Part shown: piece by piece, positions 13,336 to 27,115 of the stretch
Layout: each line of letters starts with the position of its first letter
Position numbering within the stretch: the stretch's first letter is position 1
NCBI GenBank assembly: GCA_965649765.1
Contig: OZ287756.1
Location: forward strand, 29,698,001-29,762,000
Direction of reading: 5' to 3'
Source of the DNA: Bispira polyomma
Taxonomy: Eukaryota
Length of the DNA stretch: 64,000 nt
Notes under the pieces: model-generated
What the model was told of the DNA's origin: nothing
The model's database searches: none
What the model saw: only the letters and a program-made list of their open reading frames with translations
Translations under genes and position numbers: made by a program

Positions 13336-14728
13336 AGTTCAGTTAAAATTTCTACAGTAGTTTACTGAATATTCCAAATCATGATTAATCAATTGTATTT
13401 TGATAGAGACTCAACAAGCTTACTATACATAACAATGAAACCAAGGAGTTTAGATGTTTTAAGTTTAATTTCGCCAATTAACTATGAGAGTACCCTAAAA
13501 GTTAAATTACATGTGTGGTTATGTAGTACAAAAATATTCAGTCTTGTTGTAATGTTTGATGTCATTTTGTATTCTGGAAAAGAGAAGATATAGCATGTGC
13601 AAGAAAAGAAAATAACAAAAGATTGATGTTAGCTATTAGTATATAAGTGGTCAAGTAGGAAGCCGTCAGATGTTTTTTTTAGGTTATTTATTACCTATTA
13701 TCTAAGTACATATTTCCAATTATATATGATTCAAAGCAATGCACAATGGTAAAGTCACTTGCAAGTAAGTATGTAGGTGTTGAAAATTATTTAATTTTAT
13801 TAAAAACTTTATGTCAAAAAAAATTTCCTTACTCACAGGTGTGGAGACTTTCGATTTAAGCCGAAACTTCTATATGGGTAATCTTTATAAGACCTCTTGA
13901 CAATCCCAAATTTGCATGACCAAATTCTTATGTCAGAAAAGAATCAACCCTTGGTCTTCATGGACATTTCACAAGATGAACCGATGACTTTAAGATTCAG
14001 AACCATGCTCAGCACATCAACATTGTCTATAGTTAGAACTCCATCTCAAACTCTTAAAATATTTCTGAAAATTTGTTGCTACAGGTCTCATACAAATATA
14101 GTTGTTTTGTTGTTCATGGGCTAAAATAGAAATACACGAACCTGGTAATGAAGTGTATATGTAAGGCCTGTATTGCAAGTAAACAATATGTCTTTTTTCA
14201 ATGAGTTGGCACTACGGCGCCAAGTCTATTTCATAAAGAAGTCCAGCAAAAAGAATCATATGTAGCCGGAAAAATGTGGTTGACTGTTTTTTTGCCTGTG
14301 TTACATTTTTCCAATACTATATACTCAGTGGATAATTTTATCTTGAAGAAAATTAGACTAATTTACAATTTTTGAGAGTAGTTTACAAGAAATTAATTTG
14401 AACTATTTGCTCTTTGTGTTTTAAAATATCAATGCCGGCTCAAAGTTTTCATAAGCTTAAAAAGGTTAAAACTAATTTCTAGTGAAAATTTCCACGTTTA
14501 CAGTATTCTTATTCAACTGTAGCTGTAATTTAATGTTTGTGTAAAACTTTCACATGCATCTACTGACGCACAATAATAACTCAACTAAAAAAAGCAATAT
14601 ATGAATAACTAGATTTCTCTTTTCATAAAATGACAATAAGACACCATTAGCAATTAGCTTTAGCATTAGGTTGTATAAATAGTTTGACAATTAATGATTT
14701 CCATCAAAGTAAACTCAGTGTCAAAAAC

Positions 14729-14731
<3 letters not shown>

Positions 14732-14759
<28 letters not shown>
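14732..14759. repeat. (TA)n microsatellite
   Basis: Direct reading. Confidence 0.95.
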
Positions 14760-14764
<5 letters not shown>

Positions 14765-15209
14765 TTTTGTAAAACAAGATTTTCCCTTTGACCTGCTACA
14801 TATATTAACCTACATATTACATATATCTGATTTTTATATTATGTGTAATACATCACGTGACTAGTGGTGTGAAGCTAACCAACAAGGTAGGAATGATTAC
14901 GTGTAGTTAATTAAAAGTTACAAAAAGAAGTACCGACAATGAATGCATTGCATTATATTGTTAAATATTAAAAGAAAGGGTGAGGATGGGAAATGGAATT
15001 TTTTTTGCCTTGCAGCCAATTCAGTATAAAAACACACAAGTGATTAGTATACGAAAGTAAAAGGCAACGCCTCGGCGGGTGGTGGTTTTAGTTCTGGGTA
15101 CACGTCTTCTTGGTCACAGTTGATTGTGGCTCACTATGTGGGGAGGACCAATTCCAATTTCCCTCCTTTTTATGAACCGTCTACAGAGGAGACAACTTCT
15201 GAACAGATA

Positions 15210-17990
15210 GTTATATGAGAGTTATATTCAGCATTTTATTGTTATCTTTGCAAGGTAGCGGGAAGGGGCTACCAAGGTCAGTGCTTCAACAAGTATACTA
15301 GCATGTATCCCTTGACCAATTGACCTGAATTCTCATTGGTCTGCACTGCCCTCATTTCCCCCCGCTTACCGCCAAAAACCCCAGATGCCTCACTTGAAAA
15401 ACTGAAACTGAAGTGGCTAGACGCCATCTTAAAAAATATAACAAAAATATAATGTGCTGGACTTTTTACATGGATTTTAGTGATTTTAGTTCTTATTTTA
15501 TAGTTTTATTCTGCTGAATTGGGACGATTGTGCTTATGAATCCAGTGTGGCAGTGCTTCTGTGTCTTATTACTCTGTTTTGAGTCTTCCGATCATTGGCT
15601 TCACTTGTTGGAGCAAAAGTAGAGGAAAGTTATCAGGCCATTCATTCTAACTTATATCAAACGTTTATTCAAAATTCTGACAAATTACCTCTTACCAATA
15701 GTCGCACGTAATAAAACAGCCTTATTCTAAATCTGTAGTGTTATGGCTCCCAGAAAAACTTATGACTGTGAGGCGTGTGGTGGACATCACCAAAAGCCTA
15801 TAAATGATAAATCTAAAGTCGTGATAAAGGAAACGGACAGTATTTCCATGGTGAACAGTACAAACTCAGGTAGTGTCTCCACAAACGAGATCAACCTACT
15901 AATATTAAAACAGCTAAGTGATCTGAGCTCCAGGATGGACAAATACGAACTTAAAAGCAATACGGAGCCAGCTCGTGAACAGACAATGGTGCAACATATA
16001 CCATTGTCGGTACAACAACAGTAGCAGGCGCCGGGTCAACTCCATTGAATGACATAGTGGTTCCTTCACATCAGACGCTCAGGCAGTCCACTGATCCGCC
16101 TGAGGGAATTACAACAAGTTAACGAATCAGGTACGTTCCACTCACAACGTGGCGGTTCAGATACTATTTGGGTTAAAAGACAGGTAGCCTGGCCCCAGAA
16201 CTTTATCCTAAGGGGTAACAATAAGTCTTGCTTGTCATATGATTCACTATCAATGGCCCAATGGGTCGCAGGTTTTAGTGCCATGATCAAAGAAGAAGCA
16301 AATTTAGAAACAAAAAACCAAATGCTCGAATACATGTCAGAGCTAATGGAGGATTCTCACGATTTCTCTTGGTCAGCAGCTAAGGGAAATAACGCCGTAT
16401 TAACTTGTAAAATGGAAGAGGGAAAAATAACCTGGGCAGATACTGCAAAAATTGATTGTGTTAGAAGGGCACATGCCCAGAAAATTTTAGTGGGTCAAAC
16501 TGGGCCCGTGGGCTCAACCAAGAAAAGTAGTGAGTAATCCGTCCCCTGTAAATTTTTGCAGAAGGGCACTTGTCCCCAAAAAGAAGACCATGAAAACAAA
16601 GGGCAATTATACACACGTGTGTGCCAATTGCTTCACCACAGGTCGCTCTTTCCCACACTCAGCTAAAGACTGTAGAAAAAGCAGCAGTGCAAAAAACGAG
16701 TAGGGCACTGCAGTTTTGCAGTGTCCAAAAGTCGATTTTCAGGTCCTGACAGTAAATGTAATGTTAAAAGTTTGAAAAACACAGAAAGTGTTAATACAAA
16801 TGTCATGTATAGGGCCAGTAGATTAGTAAAAAGTAACATGTGTGTAAATGGGGAGAGCAAAAATTGGAGAGGGGACTGGTTTAAAATAAAAGTCAAAAAC
16901 TATGCTTAAGTGGTCTTAAAAGGTGTCAGTTCAGTTAAAGGTAAAACATTTAAAGGGGAAAACAAACCACCCAGTACTTCCAACTATCGCTCACCCCACA
17001 TAAATGTCAAGAATCTGCAGAGCAGTGTAAAAAGACATAAAATGTATAGTCATCAAGAATTCAGACCAAGAAGTGTGGAATCAAATGTACATAAGATTAT
17101 TTCAGCAATTGACGTGCCACCAGTTCATAGAATTGGGGGCTTAACAAGCTCCCACCAGAGAAAACGAAGTGTCAACAAAACACCCTCCTCCCCCTTCCCA
17201 TTGTAATACAAAGTCCTCGAGGTTGTTTACCAAAACCCATTGTTCAGAAAGTCGCACTTTCCAACTCCAATGCACTCTGGATCCCACTTACAGACACAAG
17301 AGTCAGAAGAAACCTACAAACCATACTCACACGGGTACACTGCCAGGCAGAAAATATAACCTTCCACACCTTCCGACGCTCACATATGCATTCAACCAAA
17401 AGGTCCCGTTACAGGATATCCAGACCCATGGCACCTGGACGTTGGACTGTGTGTGGAAATATATCAACCGAGACCATAATACCTCTCCCCAGGTGGCGCT
17501 GGCCTTCAAAGCTGCTCTTGAAAACACTACTACCTACTAGTTGGGCTTGGGGTCTCTTTTTCTCACTTATAATACAAAACCATCATATATTTATACTAAA
17601 ATTTTACATGTCTATATTTAGGGCCACCTTATATTTATATTGCATTTATTTGATCTCTTTTACGTAAACATTGTATACTTAAATATAACTTTTACATGTA
17701 CTTGTAGTTAACTTAACTTGAAAACTTTATAACTTTGGCAGAGTTGACTTGCACTAAGGCCACTACAAGTGACCCCAAAGGTTTACGCAATGTACTAAGC
17801 TAAACCTAAGGTCAACGCAAATGACCGAAACCTTTACATAACTTAATTTAAGGTCAACTCAAATGACCAATCTTAAAAAGTTAAGTTCACCTTAGGTTAA
17901 GGTCACCATAAACTGACCTCTGCTAAAAGTAACACTCACCTCAAGTTTAGGTCACCTTAAGTGACTTGCCTTCAATTTAAGGTGGCCCTA
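15210..17990 (+). mobile_element. DIRS/Ngaro-like YR retrotransposon copy 1, internally deleted (gag + YR C-terminus, no RT/RNase H)
   Basis: Gag-like 15743-16703 (CEACGGHHQKP; WPQNF..YDSLSMAQWVAGF..DFSWSAAKG; C-terminal Cys/His cluster). YR end at 17380-17470: YAFNQKVPLQDIQTHGTWTLDCVWKYI. Confidence 0.85.
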
Positions 17991-18269
17991 TTCTCAGTAT
18001 GTACATAGAAGTAGAAATCTAACATAGAATAAAATTTTAACATTTCCCAATTGAGATCTTTTTCTTGTCTTATTAAAAATTCACACTCATCACAAGAGGC
18101 ACTGACATGGGTTTTTTTATGTGATTCTAGTATTGTATCTGTAAATTCAGTAAATACTTTATTCCTATGTTCACCGGTTTGTACCTGCCGTGCTTGAACA
18201 CCATATATGTAGTAGAGTCATACACGAGGGGTACATTATAACTGTAATAGTAACTGGTATATGAGCAGT

Positions 18270-21200
18270 GTTATATGAGAGTTATATTTACCTATACAGT
18301 TTGGCGGAGAGCCGTTTGTACTCTACCTTTATATGGTTTTTAGTATTCTATGAGAAAATCGTTTTATTCAGTAACTTGTTTGTCTATTATTCCTTTTTGT
18401 CTCTCAAAATGCCAAGAATTAAGGTTTTCAGTTGTAACAAATGTATGGGAAAACATGTTAGGCCGCTCGGTAGTAGGTGTTGTAGAGTGATATTTTGAGG
18501 ACAATATTTAAGAGTTCACTAGTTCGGACATACCGGATAGGGTAGTCTAAGTTTTCAATAAGTTTCTGCTCCAACTTCAGAACATGGGCGCAATGATGGA
18601 GCATCTGGTTCAAAAGCTTACTAGAAAAAATTCCAATGCCAGTAATAGATCGGTGAGTTATGAAGAAACAAAAGCGGCTTTGGCAATGGACTTGGTTAAA
18701 AATTTGCGGGGTAAAAATTCCAATGCCAGTGGCAATTTAATTAGTTCCGACAAATCCAGTTCAGACGGTGTGATCCTCAGTGTAGATTTCCTTAAGAGAA
18801 ACAATGCCATTCAAAACCACTTGTCTCAGAATCAGAAATTACCTGTCACTAGATACTGTTATTACTGTGGCCAATGCTCTTGTAAGTAGCCGCCATGACT
18901 ACTGTAATTCTCTTCTGTATAGAGCCAATATGTCCCACATAAACAAGTTGCAGTCCATTCAAAACTATCTATGTAGAGTCATCTTTCGTTTGGGAATCTG
19001 TACTGCTATCACTCCATACCTCAAGAGACTTCACTGGCTTCCTATTCACTATCGAATCCTGTTTACAATGCACGTAACTATCTTTAAAGCTGTTGTTTCC
19101 CAACAGCCTCACTAAATCACTACTAATCTCTCCTTCAGCAACCTTAAAAGGGGCAAAAGACTCTCTGTTTCCTCTAAATAACCCACCAAGAGGATTGGAT
19201 CTAGAGCCTTTTTAGTTGCCGCCCCTATGTTATGGAACAGCTTCCAGTTGAACTTAATTGCTTGAAAAACTTTCTGGTTTTAGGAGAAAGCTTAAAAAAT
19301 AACTGTTCAGGCTCGCCTATCCATCATAGTTCTCTCCCTGGGCTACGACGCATCTATCCTTATGACCTGGCTATGTTTTTTGATTTTTCTTTTGGTTGAT
19401 TGATTCAATGTTGCGCCCTAGGAGATGCCTAGAATCAATAAGGCGCGTTAAAAATGTACAATACAATACAATTCTGGGGCTTCTCCTACTAAATATCTCC
19501 GCACGGATTTCTTATTGTTATACTCTTCTTTCGACAATCTAACTAGTGAGATCTCCAAGTTGGGCAGAGGTTGCCATATGTTCAAGGTTGACATAAGCTG
19601 CACTTTTATGCACATGCTTATTGATCCTGGAGATGTAGATTTACTGGTTCTGAAATGGGACTCCTATTATCTGGACAGATCCCTGCCCTTCGGTTATCAG
19701 AACGGATCCACCATATTTCAGCAAATTTCTGACGCCATGAGATATATAATGGCCAAAGTGGGCTTCCATATACACATGTACATAGACGATTACATATGTG
19801 TGGCTTTACCTAGTAAATTAAACAAAATTGTCAACAGATTATAGACACTCCTGGTAAAATTGGGTCTAAAGGTTATCCTAAAGAAACTTATTGCCCTCAG
19901 TTCTGAGGTGATATGCCTAGGGATCTTAATAAACACAGTGGACTTTACCACTTCTATTCTTTCAGAGAAAATGGGGGAAATTAAGGCACTATGCCACATG
20001 TGAGAAGGGGAGTAAACTTGCACTAAAAAAGCATTACAATCACTGCTTGGGTCCCTCTTATATATCTCCAAGTGCATAAGATATACTCGTGTATATTTAA
20101 ATAGAATGCTACAACTGTTGAGAGATAACCATACTGGGAAACGTTTTTCAGTAACAGTTGAATTGAAAAGAAACCTTCATTGGTTTACAACCTTCATGCA
20201 ACAATTAAATGGTACCAGTTTCTTTGCCCATAAGTCCAAAGACGCTCAGGTTGAGCTCGATGCTGGGATGGGGGGGGATATATGCTTGGCAGGTGTATAA
20301 GTTGGCTGTACCTGATTGTATGTCTCAGCATAACATTGCTTCTTTAGAAATGATTAACATACTGGTTGCTCTAAAACTATGGGCCAGAATTTGGCAAGGC
20401 AAAAGAATCATTTTTAAATGTGATAATTAGGCGGTTGTCAGTGTCCTCACTAGTGGTCGCACACAGGACCTGGCACTGGCTACTTACAACAGGAACATTT
20501 TTATGTGGTCCAGCAGGTTTAACATCGATATAAAAGTTATCCATATATTGGGGTCAAGAATAAAGGGGCTCATTTGCTTTCTAGCTGGGATAAAACCAAA
20601 AATAACAGTTCACTGTTGCATGAATGGGTAGGACCTTTCATATGGCTGCCCACTGATGCAGCCTTCCTTCACATGGATAGTAGTATTTAAATTGTATACT
20701 GTAGCTTTGTATTCCAGGTGCTAATTCGTCAGAAAATTGGCTCACTAGTATGGCTTGTAGAAGGATGCACACTGCTCTCGCTTTTTTTACCACGTCTGCT
20801 TACAACAGCATGTTCAAGTTGTGAGTGGCTTTTACCGTTTTTATGAACTGGACAGAGTCTCAGGTTAATGTATTTCTGTTGTTAGCGTACCTAGAATTTG
20901 TAAGCTTCAACAGATGTCTCCTCAAATTTCCAATCATCTATCTGCCATTAAAGCAAAATGTATTTTGTTTCACATTAAAGTGGATGCCTTTTCAGATCCA
21001 AGGATATCTCTATATTATACCTCTGGCTAGAATGCTCTGTTATTCCAGTACAAGGTCGGATAGCCGAGTCAGATGCCATCTTAAAAATGTGTTGAATATG
21101 TTGAATTTGCACCATTAAAACCCTACCTTTCATGCCTTCTGACGTTCGGGTGCCACGATAGCGTTTAATAATAATGTTCATCTGCAGGACATTCAGAGAC

Positions 21201-21450
21201 ACCTGGACGTCGGACTGTATCTGGCGGTATATCACTGATTTGGCTATTTTCGGCACTCATGTGGCTAACTTTTTCTGCCTTGCAAAATACTCCCTAGTGC
21301 ATCTGGGTTTGGTGATCTTGGACATCTCTGTCACCTGCAAAACAAAAGATTTACATATTTGAATACATGAAAATGCAAATCTAAAATTAAATAAATCACA
21401 GTATATTGGGGCATAAGGTCACGTTAACTGGGTAAGTACATAATGTACTC
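18270..21450 (+). mobile_element. DIRS/Ngaro-like YR retrotransposon copy 2 (gag start, RT, RNase H, YR), degenerate
   Basis: MPRIKVFSCNKCMGKHVRPLGSRC at 18409; MFKVDIS..LPFG..YIDDY (RT); NIASLEMINILVALKLW..CDN (RNase H); TWTSDCIWRYI (YR). Confidence 0.88.
18820..19472 (+). mobile_element. L2/CR1 3' fragment nested in YR copy 2
   Basis: ITVANALVSSRHDYCNSLL..KLQSIQN..LKRLHWLPI; (AATAC)n tail at 19460-19472; same family as 60035-60772. Confidence 0.9.
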
Positions 21451-21626
21451 ATCTATATCGCTTTTAAATTCTAAATAATTCACATTTAACTGATCTCATT
21501 AAGTTTAAACTTACCATTCTTAATTGAATACATGAAAAATAAAAACACAATAAATACATTGGTTTGCACTAATTAGTGTATACATTATTGGATATTATTT
21601 ACATACTTTAGATGGGGGACAGCAAC

Positions 21627-21627
<1 letters not shown>

Positions 21628-21712
<85 letters not shown>
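21628..21712. repeat. (TA)n-(CA)n compound microsatellite
   Basis: Direct reading. Confidence 0.97.
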
Positions 21713-21713
<1 letters not shown>

Positions 21714-21949
21714 ATATTTACAGTGATATACACTAATAAGTTCATTAGTAAGAAACAATGAAATAGTTAAGATTAAGAAGGAGATATAGTTAAGAAACAC
21801 AAGCTTCCTGGACTTCAAGCAAGCAGCATTAATAATAAAATAGATAAATGTAAAAAGTATAAAAATAACAAAAAAAAGAACTGATGTGAATTAAGGATGG
21901 AGACAGGGGTGGAGGTGGGTAAGTGTAATTATATTATATATTATATATG

Positions 21950-24530
21950 AATAACTTAAATCAGATGTATTTGCTTTGCGAATAAAATACATTCCACCTA
22001 AATGATAAGTAATGCTTAAAAAGGCTTCTTGAGAAATCGCTATATTGGCGAAAATCTAAAGACTATATATGATATTTTCTATTTTCTTAAATTAAAACAA
22101 AGAACTTGCTTACTTTTACTTATAGATTTTGAAAAGGCCTTTAATTCTCTAGAATGGGTTTACATCAGAAAAGTACAGTATGCATATAAGTTTGGACAAC
22201 ATTTCAAAAAATGGTATAACCATCTCTATAACAATTCCTAGAGCTGTGGCTCGTCCTCTGAATTTTTATATTGACACAATAGGTGTAGTCAAGGGGATTC
22301 GCTCAGCCATTATTTGTTCATACTAGCTATAGAACCACCCTCTTTGAAGATTAGGCAAAACCACTCCATTAAATATGTTAATGTGGGCAACATAAGCAAG
22401 AGAGGTCACTATGCAGATGACACCTTTTTTCTGTTAGACAAAATGATTAAGATTACCCTTGAATGATTACCCTTGATTAAGAAACCTACACTAGATGCAG
22501 AACAACTCAAAAACTATAGACCACTGTAAAACCTATCCTTCATTTCAAAAGTACTGGAAAAGTGATAGCGTCACAGTTAACTAAACACAAAGTTTTGAAT
22601 GGGTTAAGAAAACCAATGCAGTCAGCTTACAGGAAAAATCATTATATTACTAATGATATACTACAAGCCATAGATAAAGGTGAAGGTGCCATTCTTGTCA
22701 TGTTAGACTTATCAGCAGCGTTCAATACAGTTGACCACAGCATTTTGTTGCACAGGTTAAATACACAACTGGGACTGGATGGCAAGTGTCTTTCTTGGAT
22801 AAATTCATATCTGGGCAACAAATCACAGCAGATTTGGACACAGAGTGCTTTATCTGACAAAAGGTGGTTAACCTGCAATGTACCACAGAGATCTATTTTA
22901 AGACCAGAATTATATTCAGACTTTACATTCCCTTATAGGGAATATTGTTAGATCGTTTCATGTTACAGCACACTTCTATGCAGATGATTTCCAACACTAA
23001 AGCTGTACGAATACTTGAAAAGTGCTGTTCTGTAGTAAAGTCCTGGATGAACACTAACCTGCTCAAATTGAATGAGGATGAGATGGAAGTTATGGTTTTT
23101 GGGTCAAAACAAAGACTGCAACATGTTGTCGTAAATTCAGTTAAAATTAGTGAATCTGACATTATGCACTCCACTACAGCTGTAAATATTGGAGTTTCTC
23201 TAGATTCATATATGAATATAAAATCTTAAGTCAACCAAATTGTTTCTGTATCATGGTATCACATAAAGAACATACAGTAAATATATAGAGATTGTCATCC
23301 ATGCATTTGTGACTTCTAAGCTGGCTTTGAATAACTGTCTATTGTATGGGCTACCACAAAGTACTATCGGAAAGCTCCAGAGAGTTCAAAATACTGCAGC
23401 TCATTTAGTTGTTAAGGCAAACAGATATGCTTCTGCAAGACATATCAGGAAAGCTCTAGATTGGCTTCCAATTCTTGAGAGAATTAAGTTTAAAATTCTA
23501 CTATCTCCATGGCCTAAAACCTGGCTACTTTAGCCAAATTATAAAGAAATTTTAGAGTAGGAGACTACGTTTCAATCAAGCTGTGCAAAAAAAAAACACA
23601 TGTAGTACCAGAGATTGACTCTTTAACATAATACAATGTCCTCTTTAACGTTAGATATCCCTAAATAAAGGCTCCTGTGTCTCCCAGTATTTAATGAATT
23701 TTTAAAAGTGGTTATTATAGCTTAGTATGGACAAAACATTTTAATCTTTTTGGAATTAAGTTTAATGTAAATTAAATTAAATATTTAAAATTAATTTTAA
23801 AGATGCTTTTACTTAGATTGAAAGGCTTTTATTTCGGTATAAGAAATACCATTCATCCCTCATTGGTAAAGTCACTGTTATCAAAGCACTTGTTCTTCCC
23901 AAATTAGTTTATCCATTAACTGTTCCTACATCTACCTCCAAAGATATATTTCGAAACTTAGAAACAATTATTAAAAATTTTACTTGGAAGGATAATGTCC
24001 GCATATCAACATCGCAACTAGAGAAAACAGTGTTATAGGGTGAGTTAAAATTACCTAATGTTAGGGTTTTTTCAACGTGCATTTGAACTATCATGAATTA
24101 AGTGATTAATAGAGTCGGATGCCACATGGCAACACTTATTTAGACACACTATGACAAAAACTACTAGGAATTAGACACAAGCTTACTCAACAAAAATTTG
24201 GATTTAACTGAAAGCAAAATTCTGGTACAAAGTTACTAATATTGCATTGAATATAAACAAAATTTTGAAACAAATTTAGATTATAAATGCTTTCCCTTGT
24301 GGAACACAAATTTTATTAAAAAACCAACTTAATTTACAAGCAACAATATTTTCAAAGTAAAGGTCTAAGCTATATTGATGACCTAATGCATAAAAATGGA
24401 GGATTTTTGTACGAAATTTAATATAAATATATAAAATTTGTCAACTCTATAGCCTTATACATTCAATACCGAAGAAATGCACAATAACTTCTATCACAAA
24501 GTTATGTCATGATAAACATAAACATTTTTT
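21950..24530 (+). mobile_element. Degenerate Tx1/L1 LINE RT region split by an L2/CR1 fragment
   Basis: RYIGENLKTIYD..LLIDFEKAFNSLEW, QGDSLS, YADDTFF (to about 22440); resumes near 23850 with GKVTVIKALVLPKL. Confidence 0.8.
22460..23580 (+). mobile_element. L2/CR1 RT fragment nested in Tx1
   Basis: NYRP, LVMLDLSAAFNTVDHSILL, WMNTNLLKLNEDEME, KLQRVQNTAA..LDWLPI. Confidence 0.88.
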
Positions 24531-27101
24531 AATTTAATTTTTGAGAATAGTTATCAATCATGTTGTTGGTGTTGTGGTGTCTTCGGTGTGTAGCTTCCGT
24601 TGCTGAGCAGTGTTCGCTGTATGCAAATGACGTCATACATCCCCAAGCGGTGTCTTCGGTGTATGCAAATGATCCCGATGTCGCAATCGGTGTTGTTCAG
24701 TTTGTCAGTTAACTGAGCATCTCATTGCATTAACTTTTGAATGCTGTAGTGTAAGTTCTTTCTGTGGAACGGAACTGAGACATTGGAAACTTTGAAATTA
24801 CTTAGGTGTTTTACAAGGAGCTCCTCTGTTATTCTGAATCCCTGACCCAGACCTCTGTTAGCCATAATTGGTGAAGTTATTGAGAATTGATGAAGAATAA
24901 ATCCAATATCAAGTATCCAAGTCTCAAATGTTTAATGTATATTCTCAATAATATATTAAAACATCTAGTTTCAAATGTCACATATAAATAAATCGAATCT
25001 TTCAGACATGTATACACTACTTCTAGTATTATATTAAAGCATACCAGCTATAAATAGCCTTATCATGTAAGGTCATTCAATGCACAAGTTACTTTTTAGC
25101 TTGGGTATATAAGGTGACATATTACATGATTAAACAAATACAACTAATGTCAAACAAGTGCTGTGAACTCTTTTAGCATATGCAGATAATTGTAAGCTGT
25201 CAAAGTTTGTAAACCTGTATGTTTTGTGGGTGTGGTGGATGTGACCAGCTGCACGCATATCCTTTATGTAAGAACAACAAAAACTCTAGTGAACCCCTTC
25301 CATTAATGTTACAATTCTTTACAACTCAAGCGGGGTTTTAAAATCTGTATAAACCAGAATTACTTTTTGGAAATACAATCCCACAATGCATATAATTTGT
25401 TTCAGAATTTTCAGAAATTGACCCTACACTCTCATTGAAAAATGTAATGCCCCACTCCCACCGGATTGACGTTAGTCTATGTTAACCATGCAGGGCTACT
25501 CACAAATATTTAATGCAAAATTTCACGCAGAAGTAGATATATCTATTTGTATTACGTCAAAGGCGTTGACTTACCCAGAGATCAAAGTGAATACCTCTAA
25601 AGGCTCACAGTTCACGTAAAATTACGTATTAAATCGCATGCATTTGTATGCAAATACATGCAAATATACATAAAAATACGCACATTGACACGGCAAAGGC
25701 CATAATTTTATGTTAAGCCATGTCATTTATAACATTATATGTACGTTCTTTTACTTAATATTTTATAAGGCTGCTCTTTTTACGTTAATATAGGTAATAC
25801 TACGTTAATTTCCAGGTATTCCTACGCTGTATTACGTGTAATTTGTTTACACTCATTTGGCTACGTCAAACCGCGTTATACTACACCACATCTCGCAAAG
25901 CTCTCGCAAATATGTACGTTAAACCACATCTTTATCTTACATGGTTTGTATGTCCAAATTTCAAATGTTTTGAAATTATGAATTTTGTGCATGTCATCTC
26001 TCACGTCAGGTTATGTATGTTTATGTATATTACGTCGGTTTCTGCAAACACCACAAAAATCCTACCAGGTTGCATGCAGACATGTTGGCTTCTTAGCTGT
26101 GGCTAGTCACTAGTCATATCATACAGATAAAAATGGGATTCATTTTAGATATGTTGTCCCATTATGGAGTTACCAAGTGTCTAACCAAAAACTTTTGGAT
26201 CACCAGACCAATTTCCCAAGCAGTAGTCTAACCACAGATAGTTTGACCACTAAGGCCCCTACTTAACCAATGGCCCATAGGGTACCAACATATCATTAAA
26301 ACTGAACCTGTAATGTCCATGATAATTAACATGAAGTATGCGATTCAATGAGATCCATTATTATTTTGTTTTGTTTTGTGCACCACTATCATTTGTCTGT
26401 ATATAACATATTCAAAGTTTTTTTAAATAACCTAGTATTATTTTAATTAAACTTTTTTGTAAATATTATACTATAATTTTATGAAAAATAATTGATATTA
26501 CCCATAGGTACATATTATAAGAATCGTTATTATATAAAATAATGAATTGATTTATAAAACCTGTGTTTTTAACTAAGGAATATACACCATAATATTCCAA
26601 AACCATAAAAACCTCCATAAACATTCATACTGAACAAACCATAATGTCTGTTCCGGATTACACTATAATACCCAATAGTGTATCCTACTGTTTTCTTTCC
26701 ACATCTGAAAAGAAAAGTCATTAAAACTATTTTTCTCTCTAATTAGTGAGAGCAAATATTTGTACCCTTCTTATAGTTTGGAATTTGAAGCACACACACA
26801 AGTGGGCTCATATTTTGTTAGCTAAAACTACTGGGGGGAAGTTTATTAAGTGCTCTTTCACTCACTACTAAGGTGAAAACTTTCTGGTAAATACCTATTT
26901 ATCAGTACAGGACAATTACCAAGGCCACCCAAACTTTGGGGTTTTACAAACTACACTAAAGCACTTTTGTATTTCCTAAACTAATAACCTATCACCCCAT
27001 CTAGTGCAGGATTTTGTACAACCTCTATCTGCTGACCATTACAGACACACCTAACCAGGATAAGTCATTATTCTGGTAATGGGTTTGAGTGAAATGTGAG
27101 T

Positions 27102-27115
27102 GTCTCCATGGCAAC
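27102..27115. promoter_or_regulatory. RFX X-box-like palindrome GTCTCCATGGCAAC in the PLE 5' region
   Basis: Matches the GTYNCC-AT-GGYAAC consensus; function untested. Confidence 0.4.

Noticed and set aside
13837-14065. Candidate upstream exon of the Kunitz gene (minus strand; tttcAG acceptor, GTGAGT donor)
   Set aside because: No frame is open across it in the phase required by the Kunitz exon and it shows no signal peptide; it could only be a UTR exon and is unsupported.
21585-21818. ORF with YIYIYI repeats
   Set aside because: Translation of a (TA)n microsatellite.
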